Source: Protoeuglena noctilucae (taxonomy: Eukaryota). From it: a stretch of DNA of 64,000 nucleotides. Both the position numbers and the translations under genes were made by a program. The notes beneath the pieces are model-generated. The model made no database searches and was not told the DNA's origin. It saw nothing but the letters and a program-made list of their open reading frames with translations. Positions 38,011 through 50,321 of the stretch are shown piece after piece. Each line of letters begins with the position of its first letter. Position 1 is the stretch's first letter. Where the stretch lies: contig OY253669.1 of assembly GCA_958009085.1 (NCBI GenBank), positions 806,001 through 870,000 on the forward strand, read 5' to 3'.

Positions 38011-39727
38011 CTAACACTCCCCGACGCTTCGCACTGCGTTGCCACGGTCGCACCTGTCCTCGCCCTCCCCCAGCAGCGGCTCCCGCACCCCGCCCACCCC
38101 AGGCGCCGCCGCCCGGTCCCGCACCCCCTCCGAGTAAGCAGAGGAATCGACCGGCAACGTGTCCCCGACCGCAACAGACCCGCCCGCCGTGGCCTGGTAC
38201 CCCGGGAGCTGCTGCCGGCGGGGCGGCAGTCTCCGGAGGATGTACAACACGGTGGCCGCTGCGGGCGGGGAGGGTCGCCCCAGGCTCGCGTGCAGCCCAG
38301 GGCCTCGCCACAGCGGCGCGAGGCCAGCACTGTCGGATCCCCCAGGGCCCTGGCTCACCCGGGAGGGCCTCCGCGACGACGTAGTAGGTCGCGTTGAGGA
38401 GCGGATGCTCCGGAACGTCCAGGCGGAAGAGCTCGGGGCCCAAGGCCGACACCGCGTTGGCGACGGCGCGCACCGTGAAGGCCGCCGTGCACACGAGCGT
38501 GACTGCGGGCGCAGAGAGAAGGGGCGGTGGAAGGAAGTTGCTGCCGAGCAGATGCCGCGCCGAGAGAGTCGCTCGGAGAGGGGCAGTGGCTCGCATGCAT
38601 ATCGCACTGGCTCGCGCACCTGACCCAACCTCCCGGAGCTTGGCGCGGCGGCCGCGGGACTCGACCGGGAACCTCCGCAGCATGAAGTAGAGGCGGCCAC
38701 CGTAGACGCAGAAGGCTACGGCCGCGATGATGGAGAGGGCGGCGAAGAAGAGGGCGGACAGGGTCGGCCCCAGGCGCGGGTTGATGTCCTTGGACAGGGA
38801 ACTGAAGAGGCACAGGGAGATGTCCAGGACGAGCACTGCGGGGAGGAGTGCGCTGCTGCGTGACCGGGGAGTCGCCAGCACGGGCCGATGCCTCGGTGCC
38901 GCGGGGCGCACGTCGCGCCTGAGAGGTTAATGGCGGTGAAGGCCGGGCGCAGGTGCCCCACGGGCAGCGACCGGGCCTGCCGGAAGATCTCGGCCCAGAA
39001 GAGGACGAGCAGCGAATACGTCGTGAAGAAGACGATCCCGGGGAGGTCCCAGAAGGCGTCCTGGACGGCGGGAGACCCTTGCTTGGCGATGCGGTGGAAG
39101 AACGCGAAGGTCACGGCGCGCCCTCCCGCGAAGAGGGCGTTGAGGAGGTGGAATACTTTTTGGGTCGTCCAGCCGTACTCGGGCACGCGCATTTGGATGC
39201 GGGCCTGCGGGCACGGACAGGTGGGTCGCACGTGATGCATGCACGCCTGCACGATGGCAGGAGCGCGTAGTCCCCGGCAGCGGGGGCGACACGCACGCGC
39301 ACTCACCAGCTGGAGCAGGGCGACGAGGGCGATGAGCCCGAACACGGTCGCCAGCGCCACGTACGTCCCCCGCTGCACGGCGGGGGACGCGCTCTCCCTC
39401 TCCCACCTGCATAGGAAGGGAGCGGCGCGTCTATTCGACAAGGTCCAGCTATCGGTGCTCGGCGGGCGTCAGGTGCGGGCCGCGGACCGCCTCGGCGCGC
39501 GCGGGACTGCTCCCGCACTGGTCAAGTAGGTAGCGGGCCCAGGCCGCCCTGCTGGCGAGGCGCAGCGGGCGAGGGGCCCGACAGTAACATCCTTGGCTCG
39601 AAATGGATGTCTCTGATGGCACGGGCGTCGTGGGAATGGACGGTCAGAGTCCCGGCAGCATTGCTCACCATCCCGCCACATCGCTCAGAACCAGCGCCGA
39701 TGCATCGGCTGGCCTGACCGCCCGCAT
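38011..39727 (-). CDS. TOM1/TOM3/THH1-family (DUF1084) multi-pass membrane protein
   Basis: QL|ARIQMRVPEYGWTTQKVFHLLN, DLPGIVFFTTYSLLVLFWAEI, YGGRLYFMLRRFPVESRGRRAKLREV, HPLLNATYY, LYILRRLPP. Confidence 0.92.
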
Positions 39728-40270
39728 CCCGCCAAGGCCTCTGTGAGGCGCAGGGGCCGATGCTCTGGACGCAGGGACTCTGCCGCTGCCTGTCCAAGTG
39801 TCGGGGGTGCCAACGGGAGTGCCACTACGATCGTATCGTTTCCAGGTCGGTGTAATTTCACTCTTTTCGCCAGTGAGGATTGAAGAGGAGTGAGAGACGG
39901 AACCCTCAACCCTACCCGCCAGAAATCTCATGAAAGGGCGTTGTTTCTTTTGGGACGAGAAAGCCAAAGAGGGAGAGAAGAAGTGGAAGGCCACTGAGCT
40001 AATCGTGCAGGTCACATCGTGCCTGGCCGCTCCCCGCTGCTCCAACCAGGGTATCGCTGCTATATTACATTTCCTGGAGTCTGAGTGTCACATTCAGTCA
40101 TCTGCGTGCGTGGCGTTGTCCACCTGCTGCCTGACCTGACGCTACCATCGCACCTGTGACGGGTTGGTGACGAGCCGGGCGGGCCATGCCGCCGCCCTAG
40201 GCCGGCGCCCGCGCATTGCCTGACTGACTGCGCCGACGTGGTGGTGAATGGTGAAGACCTCTCAGAGGAC

Positions 40271-43179
40271 ATGGAAGGCTCGGGCCGGGGACCCGAAGAC
40301 GGGAACAGCGCATGGGGCGATGGCGGGCGGGGTCACGCGTCCACGGTTGCGCCGGTGGGTGGCAGCGCGCCCCGTGCACCCATTCAAGCGACGTTAAAGA
40401 GGATTTGTTGCCGATATAATCTGCCTTTCGGCGAATGTGCAGGTCACGGCGCCGGAGGTGCGAGGGGCGAGTCCGGACGGCTCCTCCAGCGTCGCGACGG
40501 TGACGTTGGGCGACGCAGACGCGGAGAGGTCGGGCTCAGATCCGAGTATTGGCACCGCAGACGCCTCAACTCCCTCCCCGGGCTCTCCGGACGACGGGAG
40601 CGGGAGGAGCAGCAGAGAAGGTACGTGCTGGCCCTGGCGTGCGAGCCGCGGGCACCTTGGGACGCCGATTCCGCGTCATTGGGAGCGTTCAGATCAAAAA
40701 GTTCTCCGCAGGGTGCCCCTCGGGCGCTGCGGATGCCCTCGAGGATGCGGGGGCCGCCTTGCACTGCGCGCCGGACCTGGGGAGCGTGCCTCCCGAGGAG
40801 GGCCCGGTGGACGGCGATGAGGCGCGGAAGCAGCACCATGCCCTCCTGTTCAAGCGCACGACCTCGGTTCCTCACAACATATCGCGCTACAGGCAAGTGT
40901 TGGGGCGCACGCTAGCCGCCGTTGCGCGTGTCAGGGGCAAGGGAAGCCTTTGTGCCGTCTGGAGATGAGTCAGGGGCGATGGGAGCTTCTGTGCCCCTCT
41001 GGACCACCGCGCCACCCATGCGTGGGCGCTCACTCCTCCGCCCGCCTCGCCCCCCGCCCAGGGACGTGCTCGGGATGCACGCGACGGGTTTCGGGGGCAA
41101 GCACATCTCGGACATGGGCTCGTTCGTGCTCAACCTGAACAACATCATGGGCCCTGCCCTGGTGCTGCTCCCTCTCCTCAACCAGCAGGCCGGCTGGCTG
41201 GCGCCGCAGGTCCTGGGCACGGCCTTCTGCGTCCTCTCCGCCGTCGTGTCGGGGATGCTGGTCGAGGCCATGCAGCGGATCCCCGGCAACCGGGGCTTCA
41301 ACGAGCGCTACGAATTCGTCACGCTCATGCGGCACTACTTTGGGCGGCGGGGCTTCTATCTCGCGCAGGTGGCTTACAACCTGACCATGATGGCGACCAA
41401 CCTGGCGCAGATGACCATCACGGCCCAGGTGCTCGACCAGCTCCTTCGCCACGTCCTCGGCGCCTCCTACGCCGTCATCTACGGCGTCTGGCCGCCCGCC
41501 GTGGCCTCGTACCCCGTGGACCAGCCCCAGTGGTCAGACCACGCCATCGGCAGCGCCAACCACGTGTCGCTGGGCCTGGCCCTGGCCATGGCGCTCTGCC
41601 TGCCCCTCGGCTACATGAACCTCGAGGACAACATGTGGTTCCAGTACCTCAGCGCCGGCACCTTCTGCATGCTTGTCGCGGCCTTCGTCGCGGAGTTCGC
41701 CACGCGCATGGTGAGCGACCCTGCGACCCCAGGAACCCTGCCGCGCCACGCCACGCATGCGACCCGCCATGCATGCTCTCGTTTCCCACCCCGCGCAGGT
41801 CACCGACCCGTCCGTCCGCGGCCTGTGGCCCGAGCCCCTCACGCCCGCCGTCACGGACCTCCTGAGTCAGGCCACCGTCCTCGGCGTCACCCTCTTCTTC
41901 CACTCCTACATCGTCACCGTCCCGTCCTGGGTCAACGAGAAGGCCCGGGGCACCTCGGTCGCCCGGGGCATCTGGATACCCACCGCCGCCACGGCCGCCA
42001 TCAAGGTCGTCTTCGGCCTCGCGGGCGCCTGGGCCTTCCGGCTCCTCACCTTCCCCCACGGCGTGGGGGGCTACCCTCGGGGAGAGCCCCTCCCTGGCGC
42101 CAGCAACATCCTCTCTCACATGCTCGACTGCGTCCAGGCAAGGGGCGCCTGCTCGCGCCATGGGGCGTGCGTCGAGTCAGCGAGGGCCCCTTTGCGCAAA
42201 CCCACAGCATCTCATGCCCCTTCGCCTGCCTCTCCTTTGTTGCAGACCATGGCGACGCGGTACGCGGTGTACGCCTTCACGGTCCTCACGCTCGTCCCCG
42301 GCATCCCTATCATCTCTATCCTCACCAGGTGCACCATGGGGTCTGCGAGTCTACCTTGTGCACTTAAGGGCAGCGTGCGAGTTTGGTGCACTGCCAAGCC
42401 CTGCGCTCCCATCTGCCACAGGTACAACCTCCTGTCAGGGGACCTCTGCAGTCCAGCCACCGCCTATGCGGTGGGGGTCGTGCTGCCATGGATCCTCACC
42501 GCCTTTACGTACAACCGGGGGGCGCTGCTGACCACGTGCAACTGGGTCGCGCTCCTCGTCCAGGGCTACACCAACTTCGTGCTGCCCGTGGCCATGTACC
42601 GAGGTGACGTGCTCTGGTACACGGTGGTTTTATTCAACAGAACCAGTGACGCGACCTCGTCTGTTTCTCCGATCCACGCGACCTCGTCGTTGCGTTCGCA
42701 GAGGCGGTGCGGCGGCACAAGTACCCCGGGGAGCCAGGGGCCGACCGCGCCTCGTCGTCGCGGTCCCTGCGTGCCCGGGCCAGCCCGGTCGTGGCCACCA
42801 TCCCAGAGGACGAGGAGTGGGTGGGCGACCTGCACCAGTGCCTGCTGACCGAGGAGGACCTGATTGAGGTGAGTGCGACGATACCGTGATACCGTGCCGT
42901 CCATGCATGCTGTGTGCTGTGCTAGAGGGGAAGTGGTGGGCGAGCGAGCGGCGCCTCTGCTCGGCTGACAGTGCCAGTGCCGGCGCTGCGCCCTTGCAGG
43001 TGGACTCCGCGGACTTCTCGGACGAGCCCCTGTTCTACGCGCTGCCCGAGGCCCTCTCGCGGCGCGTGTGGCCCGAGACCTTCGCCTCGTGGTTAATGTG
43101 GACGATGGCGGCCCTTTGCACGTTCGCCATCGCATTCAATGTCGCCTGCCATATCGTCGGGATTGCCGCGGACGAGTAG
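40271..43179 (+). CDS. Amino acid transporter (AAAP/Aa_trans-like), multi-pass; start uncertain
   Basis: GGKHISDMGSFVLNLNNIMGPALVLLP..QQAGW, EAMQRIPGNRGFNERYEF, LPLGYMNLEDNMWFQ, SYIVTVPSWVNEK, IPIISILTR|YNL; many hydrophobic helices. Confidence 0.82.
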
Positions 43180-43508
43180 CGTCTTCTTGTTTCCGGACCC
43201 TCCACCTCTCCATCACGGACCTCAAGCATGCTCTAGGGCAAAGCATCACGCATGTGAAGAGCAAGTCAGTCTTGTTTCAGGCGTCCGGGGCTGGGGTTCC
43301 CGGCTCTTTCCCTGCCGTGGGTCCCTCCCTAGCCAAAAGCAAACACGGTGTGCTTTCTCAGTCAGTGTTGCCGGCCAAAGAGCGCGAGAGCGCGAGGGTG
43401 GTGCTAAAGACACACGTCACCAAAAGCCTCTCCCCACAGCCTCCAACATCGAGTAACTGAGCCACGCTCGGTCGCTAAATCGTCTCAGCGCACCTGTGAG
43501 CGTGCCTG

Positions 43509-45416
43509 ATGGGCGCCACGTCGTCGTCCCCCGCCGGTGCGGAGCAACGCCTTGCACAACGTTTGCAGCCAAGCCGCGCGCCCGCAGCTGCAGCTAGGAC
43601 GCGTGCGGCCTCTTGATGGTCTCGAATATGGTAAATATAATCGTTATGTGCTACGTTCTGCGCGGGGGAGCCGCACACCATGCAGTGGCGGGGTCCAGGA
43701 CGCGCCAGCGCAAAAGTTTGCCTCCCTTGACCCCACCACTGCTGCGTGACCACCCCTTCCGCCTCTGCACCATACAGGGGGTCGGGCTCCTCTGCAACGG
43801 ACCTACACCACCTACGGGGTCCAGCGCATCCCCGACAGATTCCGCACGCTGGAGGACGTGCAGGCGGCTATTCGCGCGGCCGGCATCGAGTCCTGCAATC
43901 TTTTGCTTGCTGTCGACTTCACGGCGTCCAATACCGACCAGGGCGCAAGGTCTTTCGGGTGAGAGCAGGTGCACGTGGCTCAGGGGTCTCTGCGGTTGCG
44001 GCGAACGAGCACTCATGGACCTACAAGCATGGCCTTCCCCTGCAGGGGCCGGTCCCTGCACCACTTGGACGCTAGGCTGCCGAACCCGTACGAGCAGGCG
44101 CTTGCCATCGTCGCCCGCACGCTGAGCAGCTTCGATGAGGACCAGCTCATCCCGTGCTACGGCTTCGGGGATGTGACGACCCACGACCGGGCGGTCTTCT
44201 CGTTCAATCCCAACGGGGCGCCGTGCAAGGGCCTCGAGGCGTGTCTCACCAGGTTGGTGCGGCGCAGGGGGCGCAGCTGAGGCGAGCACCGGTCGCTGCT
44301 GCTGCCTTTGCGAGGCACGCACCTGGATGATGCTTCGTCGGCGGTCCCGCAGGTACCGTGAGATCGTGCCGCACGTGAAGCTGTCAGGCCCTACGTCGTT
44401 TGCGCCCGCCATCTACGAGGCCATGAGGGTGGTGCAGGAGTCCGGCGGCCTCTTCCACATCCTCGTCATCCTCGCCGACGGCGCCATCACGCGCAGCTCC
44501 GCGCTGGCCCCGGGGCAGTGGTCGCAGCAGGAGGTGGACACGATGGAGGCCATCCGGCGCGCCAGCAAGCTGCCCCTCTCGATCGTCATCGTGGGCCTGG
44601 GCGACGGCCCCTGGGACCAGATGGAGACGTTCGATGACTCGGTCGAGCGGGACTTCGACAACGTGCAGGTGGGGCGCGACAGGCTGGCACACGAGCCAGG
44701 TGCAACAAGGACACGGGCCCGCTGCCCGTCGCTCGCCGCCAGTCGCAGGGTGGCGTTGGAGTGAGGGGTGGTGGTGCTTGCTCACAAACCCCCGCGTGTC
44801 GTTGGCGCAGTTCGTCAACTTCACGACCGTGCTCGAGCGCACCATCCAGGAGAGCCCGGACCGGCGGGAGGCGTGCTTTGCGCTCAACGCGCTCATGGAG
44901 CTGCCTGACCAATACGCCGCGATCGGGAAGCTCAATTTGATTGGGAGGCGCGTCGAGGACCAGCGGCCACCCCAGTGGCGCCGCCCGCCCCTGGACCCAC
45001 CGGGCGTGCCCCCGCCCTCGGGGGGCATCGCGGGACCCTCCCCGGCCATCTTCGCCGCGCAGAACGCCCGCCTCGCGACGGAGCAGACTGGGCCCGTCGA
45101 CCCCGTGTGGTTCGAGTGCCCCATCAGCAAAGAGGTGCGAAGCGGAGAGGAGCGTCTTGGTACCGGTGACGCAGCCCCTGCAGGACCACTATGACTACTG
45201 CTTGTGAGACCTTACGCGCTGAGTGCTACGCAGATCATGGAGGACCCCGTGATTGCGGCGGACGGGCACACGTACGAGCGGCGGGAGATCGAGGCATGGT
45301 TTGCGAGTCACCGCACGAGCCCCATGACTGGCGCGCGGCTGCAGAGCACCAACCTGGTACCCAATCACCACCTGCGCAGTCAGATCCAGAGCTGGCGTGC
45401 GACGAATCCGCAGTGA
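43509..45416 (+). CDS. RGLG-type copine/vWA E3 ligase with N-myristoylation motif and C-terminal U-box
   Basis: MGATSS start; IPDRFRTLEDVQAAIRAAGIESCNLLLAVDFTASN; GRSLHH..NPYEQAL..FDEDQLIPCYGFGD; LSGPTSFAP; FHILVILADG; PLSIVIVGLGDGPWDQM..FDNVQ|FVNF; FECPISKE|IMEDPVIAADGHTYERREIEAWF..SPMT..LVPNHHLRSQIQSW. Confidence 0.9.
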
Positions 45417-45714
45417 CGCGGACATCACAGCACGATGTGCGCGCCCCGGAGCCATTTGTGAATGTCTGAGCCGAGATTCTCGCATGATAGTTGTGGCAGC
45501 GGCCGTCCATTTCTGCTTTGCTTTTAAATGCGAAGTTGCTCTCGGATGAGGCAAAATCTCTGACGGACCTGACGCGCTGCTCTTGCTGCAGCTGACTTTT
45601 CTGCCTGCTTCGGGCTGAAACGCCTGTGATCGCGTCGTGGCAGTGCATACCCCGTATTCGTCGCCGCGCTGTGTGCTCTCGTCCCGTCACCAGGTCGGCA
45701 GACCCTTCGAAGCG

Positions 45715-46933
45715 ATGGGCCGCATGGGGAAGCGAGGGCGCAGGCCCGGGGGCTACCTGGATGAAGATGGTTATAATGACAAGCAGATGCAGGTAACAAT
45801 CGGGAAGTTGGGAGAGAAAAGAAGGCTTTGTAGGTGCCCAGAGCCTTTGTGAGAGAAGGCCATGCCATCGCGTTCACCGATGCGCTCAGAGCCAAGACCG
45901 GGACGAGAGGTACGCGTCGGAACGCGGGGGACGAGGCGGGCGGGGGGCGGGGCCGTCTGGCCGCGGCGGGGGCACGGCGGGGCAGGGGTCGCGGGTGAGG
46001 GCGATGGAACTGTGGGCGCTGGATATGGAGATCTCTCACAGCATCGACCGAGCGCCCGCCCACCTCTCCGCGCCCCCAGGGTCCGCAAGTGGAGCTGAAC
46101 CGCCACGTCCCCAAGTTCCTGCAAAACCACACGAAGTGGCTGCGCGGGGAGAAGGACCATTTGGAGCTGGTGGAGGCCGCGGAGCAGCACACGGCCAAGC
46201 GAGCGCGGGAAGGGTCTCCGGAGGACGCCAGCGACGCGGAGATGCGCGAGCGGCACGAGGCGCTGGAGCGCAGCGCAGAGGAGGCCCCCGAGCTGCGGGA
46301 GCACGTACTGGCGGAGATTGCCAAGGAGAAGGGGAACCGTGCGTTCCAGAAGAAGCGTTATGAGGAGGCGCTGGGGCGCTTCTCGACCGCGATCGACAAG
46401 GAGCCCCTCAACGAAGCGCTGTGGTCGAATCGGTCCGCAGTGCACTGCGCGATGAGGAAGTTTGAGGAGGCCCTGAAGGACGCCAAGGTGAGTGCATTGG
46501 TGGTGGCATGGTAACACCGCACGTGCAGCGGTCCATGTAATGGCAGGTGGTGGCAGGTGGTGGAGCCTTTGTTGACACCTCGCTGTCGCAGAAATGCGTG
46601 TCCCTCAAGCCGGACTGGCCCAAGGGCCATCACCGGATGGCGGCGGCGCTGATGGGGCTGGAGGACTACGATCGCGCGGCCGACAGCTACGGGCGGGTGC
46701 TCGAGCTGGAGCCAGACAACGAGCAGGCGAAGACGGGGCTTGACAAGGCAGAGAGGGCACTGGCCCGGCAGGCAGAGGGCGGCGTGGCGTTCAAGAGGAA
46801 GGAGGACCGCGTGCACCAGGGGCCCAAGAAGCCGGGCAGCAAGGGCGGAGGGGGCGAGGGCCCGGGTTTGACCCTCCCGGCGGCCGTGGCGGTGCGCAAC
46901 GACCGGCTGCTGTCCTTCAATGACGAAGACTAG
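45715..46933 (+). CDS. Carboxylate-clamp TPR protein with DUF4604/KIAA1143-like terminal motifs
   Basis: KEKGNRAF..YEEAL..WSNRSA..EEALKDAK|KCVSLKPDWPKGHHRMAAAL three-TPR domain; flanked by RHVPKFLQ and terminal RLLSFNDED*. Confidence 0.85.
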
Positions 46934-47062
46934 ACTAGCCTAGCCCGCTCATTGCGGCAGCGGCCACTTGCATGCGACAGTCTAGAGGAGTCTCTATACA
47001 TGGGTCGCGACTGAGGCGACTGTACTGCGCCCGACTTGGCTCGAATTGCGCTGGGAGCGAAG

Positions 47063-49308
47063 CTACACCCCGGGCTGGGACTCCGGGGCGGGCGGCGGTC
47101 CGATGTTGATGTTCAGGATGCCCGTCTGCAGCGCCTCGTCTGGCACTGGCACCTGGATGATCTGATTGCCTGGGAAGGCCAGCTGCACCACGGCCCGTTC
47201 CCCGTCCCGCTGCGTGACCGTGACGCCCATCTGCGACTGCAGCGCGTGCAGCGGCGACGCCGGGGAGATGCGAACCGTCACTTGGACGCCCACCTCCCGC
47301 GTCCCCTGGGCTACGCCGGATGTGCTGGGCACCCCGCCGGAACCCCGTGCCCCTGCTACCCCCACGGCGCCCCCCTGCGGCACACCCGGCGCTTGCCCCG
47401 ACCCCGGCCGCTGCGTCTGCGCCTGAGGCTGGCCCGGGGCCGGCTCTGCAGCGGGCGCCGCGCCCCCCGCCCCCCCGGCACTTGCAGCGGGTGCTTGCGC
47501 CGGCACGCGCCCTCCGCAGCTTCCCCCGCTGGGCCCTGGGCGACCGGCGCGGCCTGCTCGGGCGCGGGAGGCGCGTGGTGCAGCACCGGCGCCTGGATGC
47601 GCGTGCTCCTCTGCAGCCCTCCCCCGATGTTCTCCACGATGGTCATCGTCTGCCCCCGTCGCAGGTGGATCTGGATGCGCGACTGCTGCTGCTGCTGGCC
47701 GTCCTCCGAGGCCTGCGTCACACAGCACGATGTGCAATAATTCATGGAACCAAGCACCGACACGCTGCCCGGGATGACGATGCCCCGCGTGCTGCTTGCC
47801 ATAAGCACACAGCAACCCCAACATCCCACGCCGGGCTCTGCGCCGCCGTCGCGCACCTGCTGGGAGAAGAGCGCCTCGAGGAACGACTCCCTGCCCTGCA
47901 GACAACTGCTGGCGATCATATCCCGCCGGTCCAGCCCCTGCTGCATCCACAGCGAGGAGTGGGGCGGGACCAACACCAGGAGTAGCGCCCGGGCAGCACC
48001 CTTCTCAAACTCAGTGCCGGATCGGAGGGACTCCAGGGCTAGACGAACCACGAGCTGCGGGGGGGAGGTAGAGTCACAGGGCGTAGGCAGGCGGGCGGAC
48101 CAGGGGGGCTGTCTGCTGCGCGTCGCGTTGGGGTGGTGGCACCTGTGCGCCGTCCCGGCCCATGCGCCCGAGGACCATGGTCCGAGTCCGGCCGGCGGCG
48201 AGGAGGAGGTAGAGGGAGGAGAGGACCGGCTCGCTGTTGAGGCGGCGGCCGCCGGGGGGCGCGGGGTTGGCGGCGAGGGAGAGGTTGCGGATGAGGGCAG
48301 AGACGGCGCCGGCGTGGACGATCCACTGGGCACTGGCGTTGGAGCAGCACTCCAGGGCGACGCGCAGGGCGCGCGCGGCGGCCTCGAGCGGCTGGAGGAC
48401 GGTGCAGGAGGCGAGGGTGTGCACGAGGGGCACGGCAGCCGACACCGCGATCCACTTCTGGTCCTCCTCCCGGCCCCGGTAGCATTCGAGGGCCGCGGCC
48501 GCGCGCCCTTTGGCGGGGAAGTCCCCGTACCGGCAGATCCACAGGAGGCTGTCGAGGACCACGCCCTTGAGGTCCGACAGCGCCTCCTCCTGGTCGGGCG
48601 TCGTCAGGGGCCGGTCCGACTGGGGCAAACCCCGGTGCATAACCCGGAGGATCTCCAGGGCCGCCGCCTCGCGCGTCTTGACCTCCCCGGCGCCGTTCAG
48701 GTCCCTCACCCACCGCGGTACCTGCTCGCCCAAGACGCGGAACCTGGGCGGGCGAGGGAGGCGAGGCGCGTCGCACAGCGCATGCGGGGCGAGGTTCGCC
48801 GCGTGTAAGGTGTCATACGCACCTGCGATCGAGTGTCTCGAATTCCAGCGAAGAGGGTGGGTGCATGAAGCCCTCGTCCTCGCTGGTTGAGACGCCGTTG
48901 TCGTGGGCCCACTGCAGCGCCGCCCGGCGGAGACCTGGCAGCCGCGCCACGCACGGGTCCGCCACCACCGTGTTGCTCTTCGGGCAGCGCCAATTCGAGT
49001 TGCTGAGCCACGGGCGAATGGCAGAGTAGTCGTACACTTGGCCCGTAGCACAAAGCACGACGGGATCTGCAAGCGCGGCGACGTCAGGCGCGGCGTATAG
49101 GATCTGAGAATGGTAGAGTGACTGACGGCACACATTCTGCCGCAGCCTGGGGCCCCGCACCCGTCATCAGGCCGTGCATGATGGGGCAGACCAGCTCTTC
49201 GGGCGGGTCACGCGCCAGCTCCTCGACCTGGGACGGTCGAGGGCCCTCCACTCGCGCGGTTGGATCCACGGCGTCATCCGGAACCGTCAGCTCCCGTGGC
49301 GCGCTGGC
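47063..49308 (-). CDS. U-box / ARM-repeat E3 ligase (PUB-like); 5' exon(s) upstream of 49308 unresolved
   Basis: PPEELVCPIMHGLMT|DPVVLCATGQVYDYSAIRPWL..CPKS..LRRAALQW U-box, then ARM-like helices (AGAVSALIRNL, AAVPLVHTL). Confidence 0.8.
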
Positions 49309-50321
49309 CTGTGGGCGAAGCTGGTGGGCACCATCAGGTCACACGAGCAACCGGTTGCGCTCCCATGGAAAATATCGACTCTGTCATTTGCAACCGTGCA
49401 TGCGAAGCGCGAGCATGCAAGCGGGCCAGCGCATCGAGCCACACGCATCGCTGCCATCTCGGGCACCAAATGCGCATCCAGAGTGGCCCGGAACCCGCGC
49501 AATGCGCGCGATCTGGTTGTTTATTCGCACATCGTGACCAACCTGCTCGGTAATGTGCGACATATCGACGACCACATCGTTCACGTCGTCATCCACGTCG
49601 CTGCGGTCAAGACGGGCATCTGCGATGAATATTTGCATCAAAGTGCGCCCCGCGGTGCACCCAGGCGATTGAAGGCACGACAGTCTGTCCGCTCATGGCT
49701 TTGTTCGGCGCATGGGTCTCGGGATCTGAGTCCCCACGCGCTCCCATCCCTGGGACAGGTCGTGCGTGGCATTCGGCACCTGAAAACCTCCCCGGCGTCT
49801 CTGTCCCTTCTCGTAAAGCTCCCGAGCCAACTGAACATTGCGCCATGCACCGTTTCTCAAAAACAATGCGCAACAATGCCGGGCGCGTTCTGAACAGATC
49901 CCGACGTCGATTTCCAGTCGGGAGGAACAAGGCGCTCCGTTGCGGCAGCTGCGGACAGAGATGTAGCAGCGAACGGCATCGGCTGCTGGAATCAAGGCGC
50001 CCTGGCGTCAACCCGATCGCCACTAGGGCATGCCCACTCTCACCGCTGTCGGCCAACACGCAATCAAACCCCAGCATTGGCTGCGACAGATGTTCATGGT
50101 AGTCCCGAGCTGGGCGTATCGTGGCCCTGGGAGGCCTTGCTCGGCGTGGCCAGTGCTGGGGCAGTGAAAGCGCCGTGTTTGTTCGCCGGGATGCGCCTCG
50201 GTGGCCCGTCCTAGCGTCGTTTGGTAGACGCCGTCTCTTACTGCCTCTGCGGGTGCGCGAGGCAGCCTGGTGGATCGGCTGGGTGGCCACATCGGCCCTA
50301 GCACGCTGAGCTGGGTCTGCG

